Assembly (NCBI GenBank): GCA_963663225.1
Contig: OY760142.1
Coordinates: 3,191,002-3,255,001, forward strand
Source of the DNA: Nitrospirota bacterium
GTDB lineage: Bacteria; Nitrospirota; UBA9217
Length of the DNA: 64,000 bases
Direction of reading: 5' to 3'
Part shown: positions 30,741 to 40,442 of the stretch, one piece after another
How the letters are laid out: each line of letters starts with the position of its first letter
How positions within the stretch are numbered: the first letter of the stretch is position 1
The notes under the pieces: model-generated
What the model was told of the DNA's origin: nothing
The model's database searches: none
The model's input: only the letters and a program-made list of their open reading frames with translations
Made by a program: the position numbers and the translations under genes

Positions 30741-31753
30741 GATTTCCTCCGGTATTTAACTATATAAACAGCCTTGCAAATAGGACAGCCTACAAACAGA
30801 ATAAACGAACCTAAACGGCTTCCCTTGATATTAGGATTTACCCTCGAAGCCATCTCGTATGCAAAAGCTCTGATAAAAGGAGCTATACACTTGGTAAATA
30901 ATTTACTTCTTTGCATGATCCTTACTAAAGGATCGGCTAATAGTCTGTATCCCCAATAGACTTCCGTAGTAAGACGCGGTTTGATATATTCCCATTCCTG
31001 GTCTACTATTTCTTTTTCAAGTAATCCCTGTCTTACGAGTTCTGAGCAAAGAACCCAAGCGGCAACACCCACAACTATATCCGCAAGCCATTCCCAAGCC
31101 GCTGTAGCAGCTCCGGCTACGGCTTCTCCTGCTGTGGATATGCCACTACCGATAGCAGACCACATACCAGTTCCAGCGGTAACGTCTGTGGCAATGCCTA
31201 ATGAAGTGTAGGTTGTTGGCAAAGCTGTGCTTATCGGTGTACTCAACGCCCCCTCAACTCCGTAACTTGCCAAGGTCGGCAATGCCTCTGTAGCAGCTAA
31301 ACCCGCACCCGTTGCACCTGTCGCATATAAAGAACCAGTGGCTAATGATGGGGTTTGCAAAGTCGTTGCTGTTCCAAGCGCGGTTTCAGTACCAGTTGCG
31401 CTCAATGTCTCTGGTGTAGTAGCTCCCCAAAGTCCAGCCTGTTTGCCAAGGTTATACGTCATTAAACCCTGTATTGGTGCCGACACAGCACTACTTACCG
31501 CTTGCTGGTTACTTTCACGTTCTTTTAGGTCTAATTGCCTTTTAGTAGCCGACTCTTGAAGATTCTGTTGCCTGACAGCTAAGTCGTACTTTCGCTGGCT
31601 GTCCTCTTCCTGAGACTGGGCTTGATAATTAGCAGCCACAACTCCCGTAAGAGCTTGCGGGGAAAGCCCCTGAGTCTGTCCCAAAGCCTTCTGCTGGGAC
31701 TGCGTTCTCATTAAGTCCTTGCTCCAATAATATGGGTCTGTATAATTAACCAT
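30707..31753 (-). CDS. Internal virion protein with C-terminal VLCSELVRQG (CFI-box-like) domain
   Basis: Q-rich N-terminus, T/A/G-rich middle, hydrophobic segment, then W-V-L-C-S-E-L..QG...GY...A.P.V domain. Confidence 0.55.
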   Translation of the reverse strand: MVNYTDPYYWSKDLMRTQSQQKALGQTQGLSPQALTGVVAANYQAQSQEEDSQRKYDLAVRQQNLQESATKRQLDLKERESNQQAVSSAVSAPIQGLMTYNLGKQAGLWGATTPETLSATGTETALGTATTLQTPSLATGSLYATGATGAGLAATEALPTLASYGVEGALSTPISTALPTTYTSLGIATDVTAGTGMWSAIGSGISTAGEAVAGAATAAWEWLADIVVGVAAWVLCSELVRQGLLEKEIVDQEWEYIKPRLTTEVYWGYRLLADPLVRIMQRSKLFTKCIAPFIRAFAYEMASRVNPNIKGSRLGSFILFVGCPICKAVYIVKYRRKSWLKHLTSRVA

Positions 31754-34743
31754 TACTCCCCTCCCACTAAGTCTTCTCTGATCTGTTTATAGAATATTCC
31801 TATACCTATCGGTTCTAAGCAAATATCCTCATTATTCGTAGTCATGGAAAGCCTGAAACTGTGAAAAATACTCGGTTCTCCTGCTATTGACTCAACATGA
31901 CTGGTAAGTCTTTTCGTACTTGAAACTACCGGATATGTTAAAGTTTTAGATAAAGCGGTATCGGTATAATATTTCAGTTCCAATGTATTCGTAGTAGTGG
32001 TTAAGGTCTTTACGATTGGCTTAATTTTTCTTATTCCTGTTTCAATCATCCACCCGCCAAGCGGTATATCTCCGGTATGAATAATTGTCGTAATAGAATT
32101 TCCATCAAACGTCTGCCCGTTTTCAAGCCGTTCTATATATCCATCAGTAGTAGCGGCATAAACGTATCGATTTCCATAATTATCAACCACGCTTGTACCT
32201 AACTGGATTCTCTTCCCTGTGCCACGGTCTATCTTGAACCATTTCTTCCTAATTACATCAAAAACGTATTCCTTATTTAAGGTAGTATTTCCTTGAGAAG
32301 CCCACAACCAATGCCATTCGTGATTTTCTACGTCATAAAAAGACTCTGAATAAGAAGCCATTGAAGGTTCTATGGCGTAAGAATTTTTCTGGTCGAAAAC
32401 ATCTTTAATATCTTCGTGAATAGGATAGACCGTTGACCCGTCCCACAAGGCTATAGCCCCGGAAGACTGCCAAAGAATAATATTTCTCGTGACGTTCGTT
32501 CCTGAAGCTTGAAAACCTATATCGCAAGCCGTTAAAGTATTCGGAGCCTCCACACCGTACATACTGGCTATTTTGTAGACGGCGTATGTATCCGGACTCG
32601 TCCCGTCAACTATATAAACCGAATCGGTTTTCCCTACGAAGAGGTTCTCAAAGAAGTTATTAGAGAATCTTGAAAAGAACGGCATAGCAGATACAATTTC
32701 TTTTTCATCTCCAAATAACAACTGTGTTGAATCTGTACCATTAAAGACGCAATTGGTATTTGACGCACCTATAAGAATTGAGTTTTTATATCCATTCTGA
32801 TCATTACAAAGAACAAGCCTGTTTTGGAACATGGTTGCAAACTTGTAGTTATTAAGATCGTATTGAGATTCCGGTATTCCTGCAACAGCATCGATGGCTA
32901 CAATCGCACCAGCATTAGTACAGACTGAATTAAAATGTACCCGGTAGTAATAATACAAATACGGATTATTAATAGAAGTCTTGAACTCATCGGATGAATC
33001 TGGTGGTTCCCATACTACAGCACCGCTTTTTGCTAACGATGATGCTCCATCCGTAGTATGGTCGGTTACTGTTAAAACAGACCATGCAGAACCGTTCCAA
33101 TACGAAACGGTCATAATATTTGTTGCCTGGTTATTAAACGTAGAACCAATATCAAAAAGCAACCCCTGCATACGTTCTGCGAATCCGATAAACAAGTCAC
33201 CCGACGAACCGTATATATTGGAATACGTCGTATTATCATACGTAGTGGGGGCACCATACGGATTTGCTACGTAATCTTTCTTTAATACTCTCGCGGTATG
33301 ATCTGAATAGCTCGTATAGGAAAGAGTAGAAGAGGTTGTAAGGGTAATTTGATTTATTCTTGTAGCCGCATCGATCCCGTTAAAATTAAACCAATACCAA
33401 TACAGAAGCACTCCGTTAAAATACCTTACCGCAGCCGCACCGTTAGTATCCGAAAACGAAATCGTTCCGTTTTTTGCAAGCGTAACTCCTCCGGACGCTG
33501 TACCGTCACTTAAACCAGAAACAGAAGTCCAGTTATACCCATTCCAGTAACTAACAGTCACACTTACAGTAAGCGTATTATTTGTGTACACATCAAAAAA
33601 AGCACCTGTAAGCGGGAATTGACTGCCTATAATTGTATAATGATCCGCAGGGGCTATTTCTGAAGAAGAACCACCGCTTTCAGCGTATAAAATATTACTT
33701 GTATAATCCGTAATCGTAGACGGCGTAGTCGTTGTATCGGTATCTGTAATTAAATACTGCCCCGGAGGAAAACTAGACGACGTATAAGACGAACCTGAAG
33801 TATTTCCTACTTGGTATGAAGTCGGCTGTAAAGGAACTCCGTCCCATTGATTTGTAATGGATTGAGGAGGTGCAACAACCGTGCATCTATAGACGCTTGT
33901 AGTCGCATCCACTCCGTTAAAATCGAATAAATAGTAATAAAGCAGAACATTCTGGAAAAATCTTATACTTGTAGAACCAACGGTACTCGTAAATAAAATC
34001 ATACCTGTCTGCGCTAAAGTCTTGCCGCTTGAAGCCGTGCCGTCCGATAGGCTTGCTACAGCAGTCCAGGCCGTCCCACTCCAATAATACGCTGATACGG
34101 ACGCTGTAGAGGTATTTGCGGTCTTTACGTAAAATTTCACCCCTGATAATTCCCTTGTACTCGCTATATGTACATATCGCGATGAAATTACCGCATACGT
34201 GGTAGTATCAAAGTCTGTAACCTGATCGGTATAATCAAGGGCTATCGTAGGAGTAGAGGAATAATCGTTTGCATCAGCTACAATAAAGGCAGAACACCTT
34301 GATTCATTGCCACCCCAAAGAATCATTTCTTTCGTATTTCCGTAAACTACGCACCCATCAGGAGCATTAAAAAACTTTCCGCTTGAAGAACCTGTGGTTT
34401 CACTATACAAAAGTGAAAAATTACCCTGGTTAGGTATGGAAGTCGTATTATCGTAAAGAGCAGACGAACCGTCATTCGCAAATCCCTGTACTAAAAAATG
34501 ACTTTCAGGTATAGACTCTTTCTTAAAATGAAAAGCCGCTGTGATATCTGTTTTCGTGACCGGAGTTGAGTTAATCTTGCTCATCCCCGATATGGATACC
34601 GGGCCTTTATCGTTGTACCGAGCGTTGATAAGCTCCTGCATGTCTCCCTTGCCAAGCTGTGCAGGATCAACAGAAGTTATCAACTTCCCTGTAAACTCAA
34701 TCGCTTCGTATTTGAAAGGTTTGTCTTTACCCTGGCTTGCCAT
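31753..34743 (-). CDS. Tail nozzle/packaged-DNA stabilization protein (P22 gp10/T7 gp12-like) with three inserted beta-sandwich repeats
   Basis: F.G.L...DP N-terminus, FQNRL, propeller-like beta-rich body, T.D tail; follows the adaptor gene. Confidence 0.65.
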   Translation of the reverse strand: MASQGKDKPFKYEAIEFTGKLITSVDPAQLGKGDMQELINARYNDKGPVSISGMSKINSTPVTKTDITAAFHFKKESIPESHFLVQGFANDGSSALYDNTTSIPNQGNFSLLYSETTGSSSGKFFNAPDGCVVYGNTKEMILWGGNESRCSAFIVADANDYSSTPTIALDYTDQVTDFDTTTYAVISSRYVHIASTRELSGVKFYVKTANTSTASVSAYYWSGTAWTAVASLSDGTASSGKTLAQTGMILFTSTVGSTSIRFFQNVLLYYYLFDFNGVDATTSVYRCTVVAPPQSITNQWDGVPLQPTSYQVGNTSGSSYTSSSFPPGQYLITDTDTTTTPSTITDYTSNILYAESGGSSSEIAPADHYTIIGSQFPLTGAFFDVYTNNTLTVSVTVSYWNGYNWTSVSGLSDGTASGGVTLAKNGTISFSDTNGAAAVRYFNGVLLYWYWFNFNGIDAATRINQITLTTSSTLSYTSYSDHTARVLKKDYVANPYGAPTTYDNTTYSNIYGSSGDLFIGFAERMQGLLFDIGSTFNNQATNIMTVSYWNGSAWSVLTVTDHTTDGASSLAKSGAVVWEPPDSSDEFKTSINNPYLYYYYRVHFNSVCTNAGAIVAIDAVAGIPESQYDLNNYKFATMFQNRLVLCNDQNGYKNSILIGASNTNCVFNGTDSTQLLFGDEKEIVSAMPFFSRFSNNFFENLFVGKTDSVYIVDGTSPDTYAVYKIASMYGVEAPNTLTACDIGFQASGTNVTRNIILWQSSGAIALWDGSTVYPIHEDIKDVFDQKNSYAIEPSMASYSESFYDVENHEWHWLWASQGNTTLNKEYVFDVIRKKWFKIDRGTGKRIQLGTSVVDNYGNRYVYAATTDGYIERLENGQTFDGNSITTIIHTGDIPLGGWMIETGIRKIKPIVKTLTTTTNTLELKYYTDTALSKTLTYPVVSSTKRLTSHVESIAGEPSIFHSFRLSMTTNNEDICLEPIGIGIFYKQIREDLVGGE

Positions 34744-34745
34744 GC

Positions 34746-35681
34746 TTACCTGCTGTAATTGCCGATTGACCGTGATCGCTTATCCATCTTTGAGAAATTA
34801 ACTCGCATACCCGTATTCTGTTTACTACGTCTCATTTCAGCCGCTATCTTTCTTACTAAAACGTCATAATGCTTGAATAACGCATCTCCGAAATTAGCCT
34901 CACGATCCTTGTACTTATAAAGAAACGCTGCATATTGAACTATCGGCAATTCGTAACTAAAAGGAAGTTGATACGAACGGTACGGAGAGTACACCGGGCC
35001 CGGTCTCTTAATATAAGGAATAGTTAACGTAGCTGAAGCAGCAGGTTCGGGAGTCAAATAAACAGACAATCGAGGCTGTAAAGTAATTACATAGTCATCG
35101 TTCAGCGTCCATTGATTAGTAGTGCCGTTAAATAATGCGCATACAATCTGCGATGATGAGGTAATATCTATTACCACTCCGTCGCTATTATCACTTGTGT
35201 TGTATACCGCATCTCCAATTGAAACATTCGCAAAAGGTGCTGTTGAATCAGTCAAAACACACTCGCCGTTCGAGGCAGTACCAGCCAACGTAGCCGTACC
35301 AGCAAGAGAACCCTTATCGGTCGAATTAATAATCGCGAAACTGTCCGCAATGGCAGCCGTAGAGCTGTTATTCTCCATTATGATGCTTGCATAGTCTCTA
35401 CCAACTAAAAAAGTATCGTTTCCACCATAGGTATGTTTAATAAACTTACGGTTATACGAATCCTCAAGCGACAAATCCACAAAAGAAGGGTCAAGATCAT
35501 AACTAGATGTTCCAGCCACAACAGATATTGTTTGCGTGTCTGTTAGAAAATGGGTTTTAAAGTTAAAATCCTGTACAGCATCATACAAATAGTCGTAACT
35601 TTCCCGATCCGTCGCAAAAGTGCTGGAAGATGACTCTTGCAAGATGCTATACAGCCTTCTTGTTAAAGACTTGCCGTCCAT
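34746..35681 (-). CDS. Head-tail adaptor protein
   Basis: Helical N-terminus (YLYDAVQDF), V.G..SYDL, L.P.P and IVQYAA C-terminal helices; position after the head genes. Confidence 0.65.
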   Translation of the reverse strand: MDGKSLTRRLYSILQESSSSTFATDRESYDYLYDAVQDFNFKTHFLTDTQTISVVAGTSSYDLDPSFVDLSLEDSYNRKFIKHTYGGNDTFLVGRDYASIIMENNSSTAAIADSFAIINSTDKGSLAGTATLAGTASNGECVLTDSTAPFANVSIGDAVYNTSDNSDGVVIDITSSSQIVCALFNGTTNQWTLNDDYVITLQPRLSVYLTPEPAASATLTIPYIKRPGPVYSPYRSYQLPFSYELPIVQYAAFLYKYKDREANFGDALFKHYDVLVRKIAAEMRRSKQNTGMRVNFSKMDKRSRSIGNYSR

Positions 35682-35694
35682 AAATTAATCCCTT

Positions 35695-36264
35695 CTAAGG
35701 CTTTCTGAGGATTTCTGTATTGCTTGTCTCTCCGTTGATACGTCTGCACAGTTTCCAAGTTCTTTCTGCATCGGTGCGACTTACCATGCCATCATTTGTA
35801 ATTCTGCAACCTGCTTTACGCGCCAAAGCCACTTCTTCGCTGGTAAGTCTGATACAAGGATCAGCCATTCTGCGAGCTTCTTCGTGCGCATCTGCCGTTC
35901 CGCGCATCATGTCGCTTCTGGTAAACATAGCCGAAGATATTTTTTTTCCAAGGCTAGACGATACATTTGCAACTATGTCCTGTTGCTTTCCTTCTAAGCG
36001 TGGTTCCGACTCATTAATCAGATCAAGCTTAGTGCGCATCTTTTTTAAATCTGCTATTGCTCCTGGTTTTTTGTCCTCTGCTATCTCTCCGCGACTTAAT
36101 GAAGCATCCAAAGAATCAATATTGTTTTTCAACTCTTCCTTGTGCTGTTTGAAATACCAAGACGGCATTTCAGAACCAACATTCCCATGATGGTTCATAT
36201 CTGCTTTTCCGAAAAAATCAATATGCTCCGCATCTTCTTTCTTAATAATTACATTTTCAGCCAT
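35695..36264 (-). CDS. Hypothetical virion-module protein
   Basis: ORF with GAGG SD in the late operon. Confidence 0.6.
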   Translation of the reverse strand: MAENVIIKKEDAEHIDFFGKADMNHHGNVGSEMPSWYFKQHKEELKNNIDSLDASLSRGEIAEDKKPGAIADLKKMRTKLDLINESEPRLEGKQQDIVANVSSSLGKKISSAMFTRSDMMRGTADAHEEARRMADPCIRLTSEEVALARKAGCRITNDGMVSRTDAERTWKLCRRINGETSNTEILRKP

Positions 36265-36286
36265 AAAACCCCCTCAGATTTAAAAT

Positions 36287-36308
36287 AAGGGGGCAGAAAC
36301 GCCCCCTT
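36287..36308 (-). terminator. Hairpin/intrinsic terminator after the beta-helix gene
   Basis: 8-bp stem AAGGGGGC/GCCCCCTT followed on the minus strand by ATTTT. Confidence 0.55.
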
Positions 36309-36312
36309 TGAA

Positions 36313-37245
36313 CTAAACAAGCGTACCATTTGTCGCTACTGCTGCCGCACTCCAGTTTCCGGCCCAATGGCAAGCGTCTGCTGTAAATGGGGCCGCACCA
36401 GAACCAATGCCACACCGGTTGTTTACTAAAACACCCGTACTCCCGGTAAGCAATACAACAACCTTTGTTGCTGAAGCGGTATTATTCTCAAGAATATTGT
36501 TAGAAACGCATATCTGAGTTACCGCAGCCGTGATATTGTTAATTACACCAAGGGAAGTAGTAAAGTTACCCCGTGCATAGTTGTTGGTGAATTTAATGGA
36601 ATCTCCACCGACCAACTGAAGCCAGTTTGTACAGTTGGCAACCGCATCACCGTGAATATAGCAGTTGTTAATTGCAAGGTTATTAGCATGAGCAGCCGAG
36701 TCAAGAGTCATACCAATAAGAGTGACATAGCTTGTCTTTGCGAAATAATGCTCGCACGTATCAAGCGTAAAACCTGCCGCACGCACATCAAATGCCGTCG
36801 CAATAGCATCTATTCCGGTAGAATCAAAATACATGTTCTGCACAAACACGTTTGCAGCAGTCACAAGGAAGGTAGCCGTAGTCGCCGTCGATAATGTAAT
36901 CGTAGGACGTAAAGAACCAGTCCCAAGACCGATAATAGACACTCCCGCTACGTTACAAGTAATACCGCCGGCGGCCTTGATTGTTTCCGTATGGCCCGGA
37001 AGAACATAAATAATGTCTCCGTTGTTTGCGGTGCATTTACCAATCGCGTAGTTTATTGTCTTAAACGGCCTATTCGGGCTTGTCCCGTAAGCAGGATCGT
37101 CTACACCAGCTACAGAAGAGCTTGGTACGGTAGACAAATTACCTACAAAAAATACATTACCTATGGAAACCATATTGCTAGGAGCCGGTAAAATTGAATT
37201 TCCAAACGCGCCTACCCCTCCCTGAAAATTATATGTTTCCCACAT
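36313..37245 (-). CDS. Beta-helix (pectate lyase-like) capsid decoration/fibre protein
   Basis: G.SP.RPFKTI.YAI, GD.IYV.PGH.E and Asn-ladder repeats; directly follows the capsid gene. Confidence 0.65.
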   Translation of the reverse strand: MWETYNFQGGVGAFGNSILPAPSNMVSIGNVFFVGNLSTVPSSSVAGVDDPAYGTSPNRPFKTINYAIGKCTANNGDIIYVLPGHTETIKAAGGITCNVAGVSIIGLGTGSLRPTITLSTATTATFLVTAANVFVQNMYFDSTGIDAIATAFDVRAAGFTLDTCEHYFAKTSYVTLIGMTLDSAAHANNLAINNCYIHGDAVANCTNWLQLVGGDSIKFTNNYARGNFTTSLGVINNITAAVTQICVSNNILENNTASATKVVVLLTGSTGVLVNNRCGIGSGAAPFTADACHWAGNWSAAAVATNGTLV

Positions 37246-37263
37246 AGAGTCTCCTTTCTAAGA

Positions 37264-37283
37264 GCGGGGGATTTCTCCCCCGC
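37264..37283 (-). terminator. Stable hairpin after the major capsid gene (weak terminator or mRNA stabiliser)
   Basis: Minus strand GCGGGGGA-GAAA-TCCCCCGC, with a poor U-tract. Confidence 0.5.
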
Positions 37284-37294
37284 CATTGATTTAA

Positions 37295-38239
37295 TTAGCT
37301 GACGTTGTGTCCATATATCCAACGCCAATCCAAGAAACCACAAGCCCACCGTGCATAGACTGAGTTCTTGATTGAGAAGGTATCAAAATCCACCTTCATG
37401 CTGTATTCAGGGTTTATTCTGTCAATGAATACAAGGAACTGTTTCTGCTTGCTATGGTCGGTGAAGAACCAGTTGTTTGTGTCGTAGTCGTCTAGGCGAA
37501 GATAAGGAATAACCTTAATTCCACGCGCTACGTTTACCTTGAACTGACCTGTATCGGGATCAAGTTCCGAGCTTGCACCACTCCGTGGATCGTATCCAGT
37601 AGCCTCACAAGCAGCATCAAAGAGAGTATCTGGTACGATAAGAGTGTCTGGATTCATATCAATACGTTCAGAAATATCATTCCTGAAACGTCTCATCAGA
37701 ACCCTAGTTGCAGCTATGGAAGTCTTGGAAAGCGCACTCGTCCCGGCATTTGAAAATCCAGAAGAAGTTGACGTACCAGACTTCGTGGTGTGCGAAGATG
37801 AACAAAGCGCAACACCCTCTTCGGAGGTCTGGAAATCGAACGCGGCAGAGAAAGCATTGGCAAAAGGACGCACGCCAAGTTTCTCTTTTACGCGAGACGC
37901 AGACCTGGAAAGCATAGCTACACGGTTCTCCATGACCGAATATTTTTTGTCGTCAAGGAGTTTTCTTTCAAACATTACCGCACCGGCATATTCTTTCGGC
38001 TCGATCTTGTTGTAATATCCAGGTGCAATCGAAAGGTATGTCAGTTTCCCGTTAAATTCGGGAATATCCGGAAGTGAACCCACCTCGTAAAATTCACCAA
38101 AGGCAGAATCTCCGGGCATAACGTTGTAAAGAGTAGGAATCATCTGCACAACGTCTTTAAACTTGCTATCGTCGAATACTTTGCGCATCCGTTTATCCAG
38201 TAATCTGGTAAACTGCGCACTGCTGATGGGATTAGGCAT
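37295..38239 (-). CDS. Major capsid protein (Mu gpT-like HK97 fold)
   Basis: 314 aa; RKLLDD.KY, G..LCSSSH, P.TLIVP, NWF and C-terminal RW.CGFLDWRWIYG. Confidence 0.85.
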   Translation of the reverse strand: MPNPISSAQFTRLLDKRMRKVFDDSKFKDVVQMIPTLYNVMPGDSAFGEFYEVGSLPDIPEFNGKLTYLSIAPGYYNKIEPKEYAGAVMFERKLLDDKKYSVMENRVAMLSRSASRVKEKLGVRPFANAFSAAFDFQTSEEGVALCSSSHTTKSGTSTSSGFSNAGTSALSKTSIAATRVLMRRFRNDISERIDMNPDTLIVPDTLFDAACEATGYDPRSGASSELDPDTGQFKVNVARGIKVIPYLRLDDYDTNNWFFTDHSKQKQFLVFIDRINPEYSMKVDFDTFSIKNSVYARWACGFLDWRWIYGHNVS

Positions 38240-38257
38240 TGTTTAATTCCTCCTTCC

Positions 38258-39094
38258 TTATGCCCGTGCCAAGCAGAAGTGATCCGCTTCAAATCTAAAT
38301 TCCGCGTATTCGCTTCCTGCCGTGGCGAGGTTCAAATTGTACACATAGACCCCAAAGAGGTTCGTACCCGCAATCACAGGGTTCTTGGAGCAGTCGATAA
38401 ACAGACCGGGGCCAGCAATATAAACAGTGCTTGCACCCTGCTTTAATGGAACACGCACAAACGTATCGCCAAGTGCTACGTCAAAAGGAAATGCCGTACC
38501 AACTGACGGTGCCGTGGTGGAGGTGTCCTTGCTTACGCGGTAAATTCCAGCGTTTTTACCAGTACGGCAATAAATCGTTCCGCACTTTGCTACGTTGGTA
38601 AAATCACATGCTCCGGTCGTAGTCGCGGTCGTTAGACCAGTCGTATCAGAACCGCCCGTATCAGTGACTACCGTAGGAGCAACACTCCAAGAAGCGTTAA
38701 AAATGGGGGCCCTTAACACCGTATGGGGAAGAATTTCTGTAATCTGAAGCTTTACTTCTGGATCGTTTTTGGCGTGCATGTGTCCTTCTGCACCCGTCCA
38801 ATCACGCGCAAGAAGCTGCGCCTGTGACTGATAAGTTCCGGTAACGTACTGAAGACCGGTTGTTGAATCATAGGTAGGTGTTCTATCGTTAATACCAGTC
38901 ACTACACCGGCGATAACCTGATAGTTGGTAGTATCAAAAGCACCTGCCGGTACTGCAAGCGGGAGAACCGTACCATATGTTTGGGCTTTAGAAGCCGCAA
39001 TATAAGTAACGAGTTGTCCCACATAGTATGTTGAAGTCCCGTCAGCAGAAACCCAATACGTTCTGCCTTCGCCTTCCACTACTCTTACTGACAT
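38258..39094 (-). CDS. Capsid decoration/cement protein
   Basis: Lies between scaffold and capsid genes; YYVGQLV, I.GVV.G motifs; beta-rich. Confidence 0.55.
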   Translation of the reverse strand: MSVRVVEGEGRTYWVSADGTSTYYVGQLVTYIAASKAQTYGTVLPLAVPAGAFDTTNYQVIAGVVTGINDRTPTYDSTTGLQYVTGTYQSQAQLLARDWTGAEGHMHAKNDPEVKLQITEILPHTVLRAPIFNASWSVAPTVVTDTGGSDTTGLTTATTTGACDFTNVAKCGTIYCRTGKNAGIYRVSKDTSTTAPSVGTAFPFDVALGDTFVRVPLKQGASTVYIAGPGLFIDCSKNPVIAGTNLFGVYVYNLNLATAGSEYAEFRFEADHFCLARA

Positions 39095-39112
39095 GGTTGT
39101 CTCCTTCCTTGG

Positions 39113-39169
39113 TTATTTTTTCTTGCTTTTTTGGGTTTTTACTGCCGCATCGTATTTCTTGTTTTTCAT
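39113..39169 (-). CDS. Putative 18-aa Lys-rich micropeptide MKNKKYDAAVKTQKSKKK
   Basis: GAGG SD 5 nt before ATG; fills the gap between scaffold and decoration genes. Confidence 0.35.
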   Translation of the reverse strand: MKNKKYDAAVKTQKSKKK

Positions 39170-39180
39170 GGTGTCCTCGA

Positions 39181-39921
39181 TTATGAAAGTTCTTTGGCGA
39201 TGTCTTCATCAGACATGCCACGGCTTTTAAGGTAATTAGCGTATTCCTGCGTTTCCGCATCCAGTTTCGGGAGACTTACAGTCTTGGTAGCCGTTCTGGT
39301 TGTGTTGGCGGCAGGTTGAACAGGTGCGGCACTAGTTGTCGCACGATTCGGCAATTGACCCGTATTGCGCCTTTCGAGAAGTGCAGACTTTGCTTCAGAG
39401 TAATTAACCCTTGCATCCATTTGGGCGTTATCGCTCAAACGCCGATTGAAATTAGCCATCATTTCTGCGACAATTTCATCGTGGAGGTCGCCATTAGATG
39501 CTGCAAGTTGATTAAGCTGCGCTACATACTGACCCTCGTACTTCTTTTGCTCCTGAACCCTTCTCTGATCCCTGGCCTCAAGAACGCTCTCAACGTCTTG
39601 TGCGGTGGTAATGGTTTCAGGAACATTTACGGAAGATTCAGCTGGCTTCGATTTAAGACCTTCGATCTCACGCGTAAGCATCTCTAGTCTTGATTGAAGT
39701 CCCTTTATCTGCCGTCCCTGCTTCGACTTTATTTTGTGTTTCTGCTCTTCCGAAATACCCGCAAACTCGTCTTCTTCCGCACTTGCCGTTTCCGGGGGCG
39801 TTTTAGTTTCAGGTTCGGTGGAGCTGGTTGTTTCTTCCTTCTTTTCTACTGCATCCCATGCAGCCGAAAGTTCGTCATCGGCTACAGCTTGAGTTTCTGT
39901 AGCGGTTCCCTGTTCAGCCAT
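39181..39921 (-). CDS. Capsid scaffolding protein
   Basis: Acidic disordered N-terminus, coiled coil, C-terminal GMS.E.I helix; upstream of the capsid gene. Confidence 0.75.
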   Translation of the reverse strand: MAEQGTATETQAVADDELSAAWDAVEKKEETTSSTEPETKTPPETASAEEDEFAGISEEQKHKIKSKQGRQIKGLQSRLEMLTREIEGLKSKPAESSVNVPETITTAQDVESVLEARDQRRVQEQKKYEGQYVAQLNQLAASNGDLHDEIVAEMMANFNRRLSDNAQMDARVNYSEAKSALLERRNTGQLPNRATTSAAPVQPAANTTRTATKTVSLPKLDAETQEYANYLKSRGMSDEDIAKELS

Positions 39922-39943
39922 TGCTATTCTCCTTTTTAGATTT

Positions 39944-39981
39944 AAAATAAAAAAGGCGACCCGGATTTCTCCGAATCGCCT
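39944..39981 (-). terminator. Terminator-like hairpin immediately upstream of the scaffold RBS
   Basis: Minus strand AGGCGATTCGGA-GAAA-TCCGGGTCGCCT followed by TTTTTATTTT. Confidence 0.7.
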
Positions 39982-40030
39982 GTGTCCTCGTATGCTGTCT
40001 TGAGGTGTAGACGTAGACTAATTTTTAAAA

Positions 40031-40129
40031 TTACTTTCTTTTTAGAATCTCCAACAGCTTTTTCTTTATCCCCTCTATTTGCTGTAAGAGAAGAACAACT
40101 TCAGTTTTTTCCCGTTCATCAAGTGTCAT
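40031..40129 (-). CDS. Small 32-aa helical protein MTLDEREKTEVVLLLQQIEGIKKKLLEILKRK
   Basis: Translated by hand; overlaps the end of the upstream gene; AGGA SD. Confidence 0.45.
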   Translation of the reverse strand: MTLDEREKTEVVLLLQQIEGIKKKLLEILKRK

Positions 40130-40442
40130 TTTCTATCCTGTGGTTCTCAATCGTAGCCGACTGCTCATTGAAGTATTTTATTTTCGTATATCTATCCACC
40201 ATCCTTTTCCCTAAATATTTAAGTTCAATTTGTTCTTGTTCTTTTAAATATTCATCCGTATAGCAAAGCTTGTTTAAAAGTTCTGCCATCCTGGTAGCGT
40301 CTTCCTTGATTAATTCATACCCTGATGGGGAAGTAGCGTCTTTTATAAAAGGAGTAAGTTTGCTTAACAGTTCTATGATCTTTTCCCCTCGCTTACCGTA
40401 AGCAGACAAAAACACTTCTAGTTTAGTGGTTGGCTGGCTCAT
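40119..40442 (-). CDS. Hypothetical protein downstream of portal
   Basis: ATGA coupling with the portal stop. Confidence 0.65.
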   Translation of the reverse strand: MSQPTTKLEVFLSAYGKRGEKIIELLSKLTPFIKDATSPSGYELIKEDATRMAELLNKLCYTDEYLKEQEQIELKYLGKRMVDRYTKIKYFNEQSATIENHRIENDT

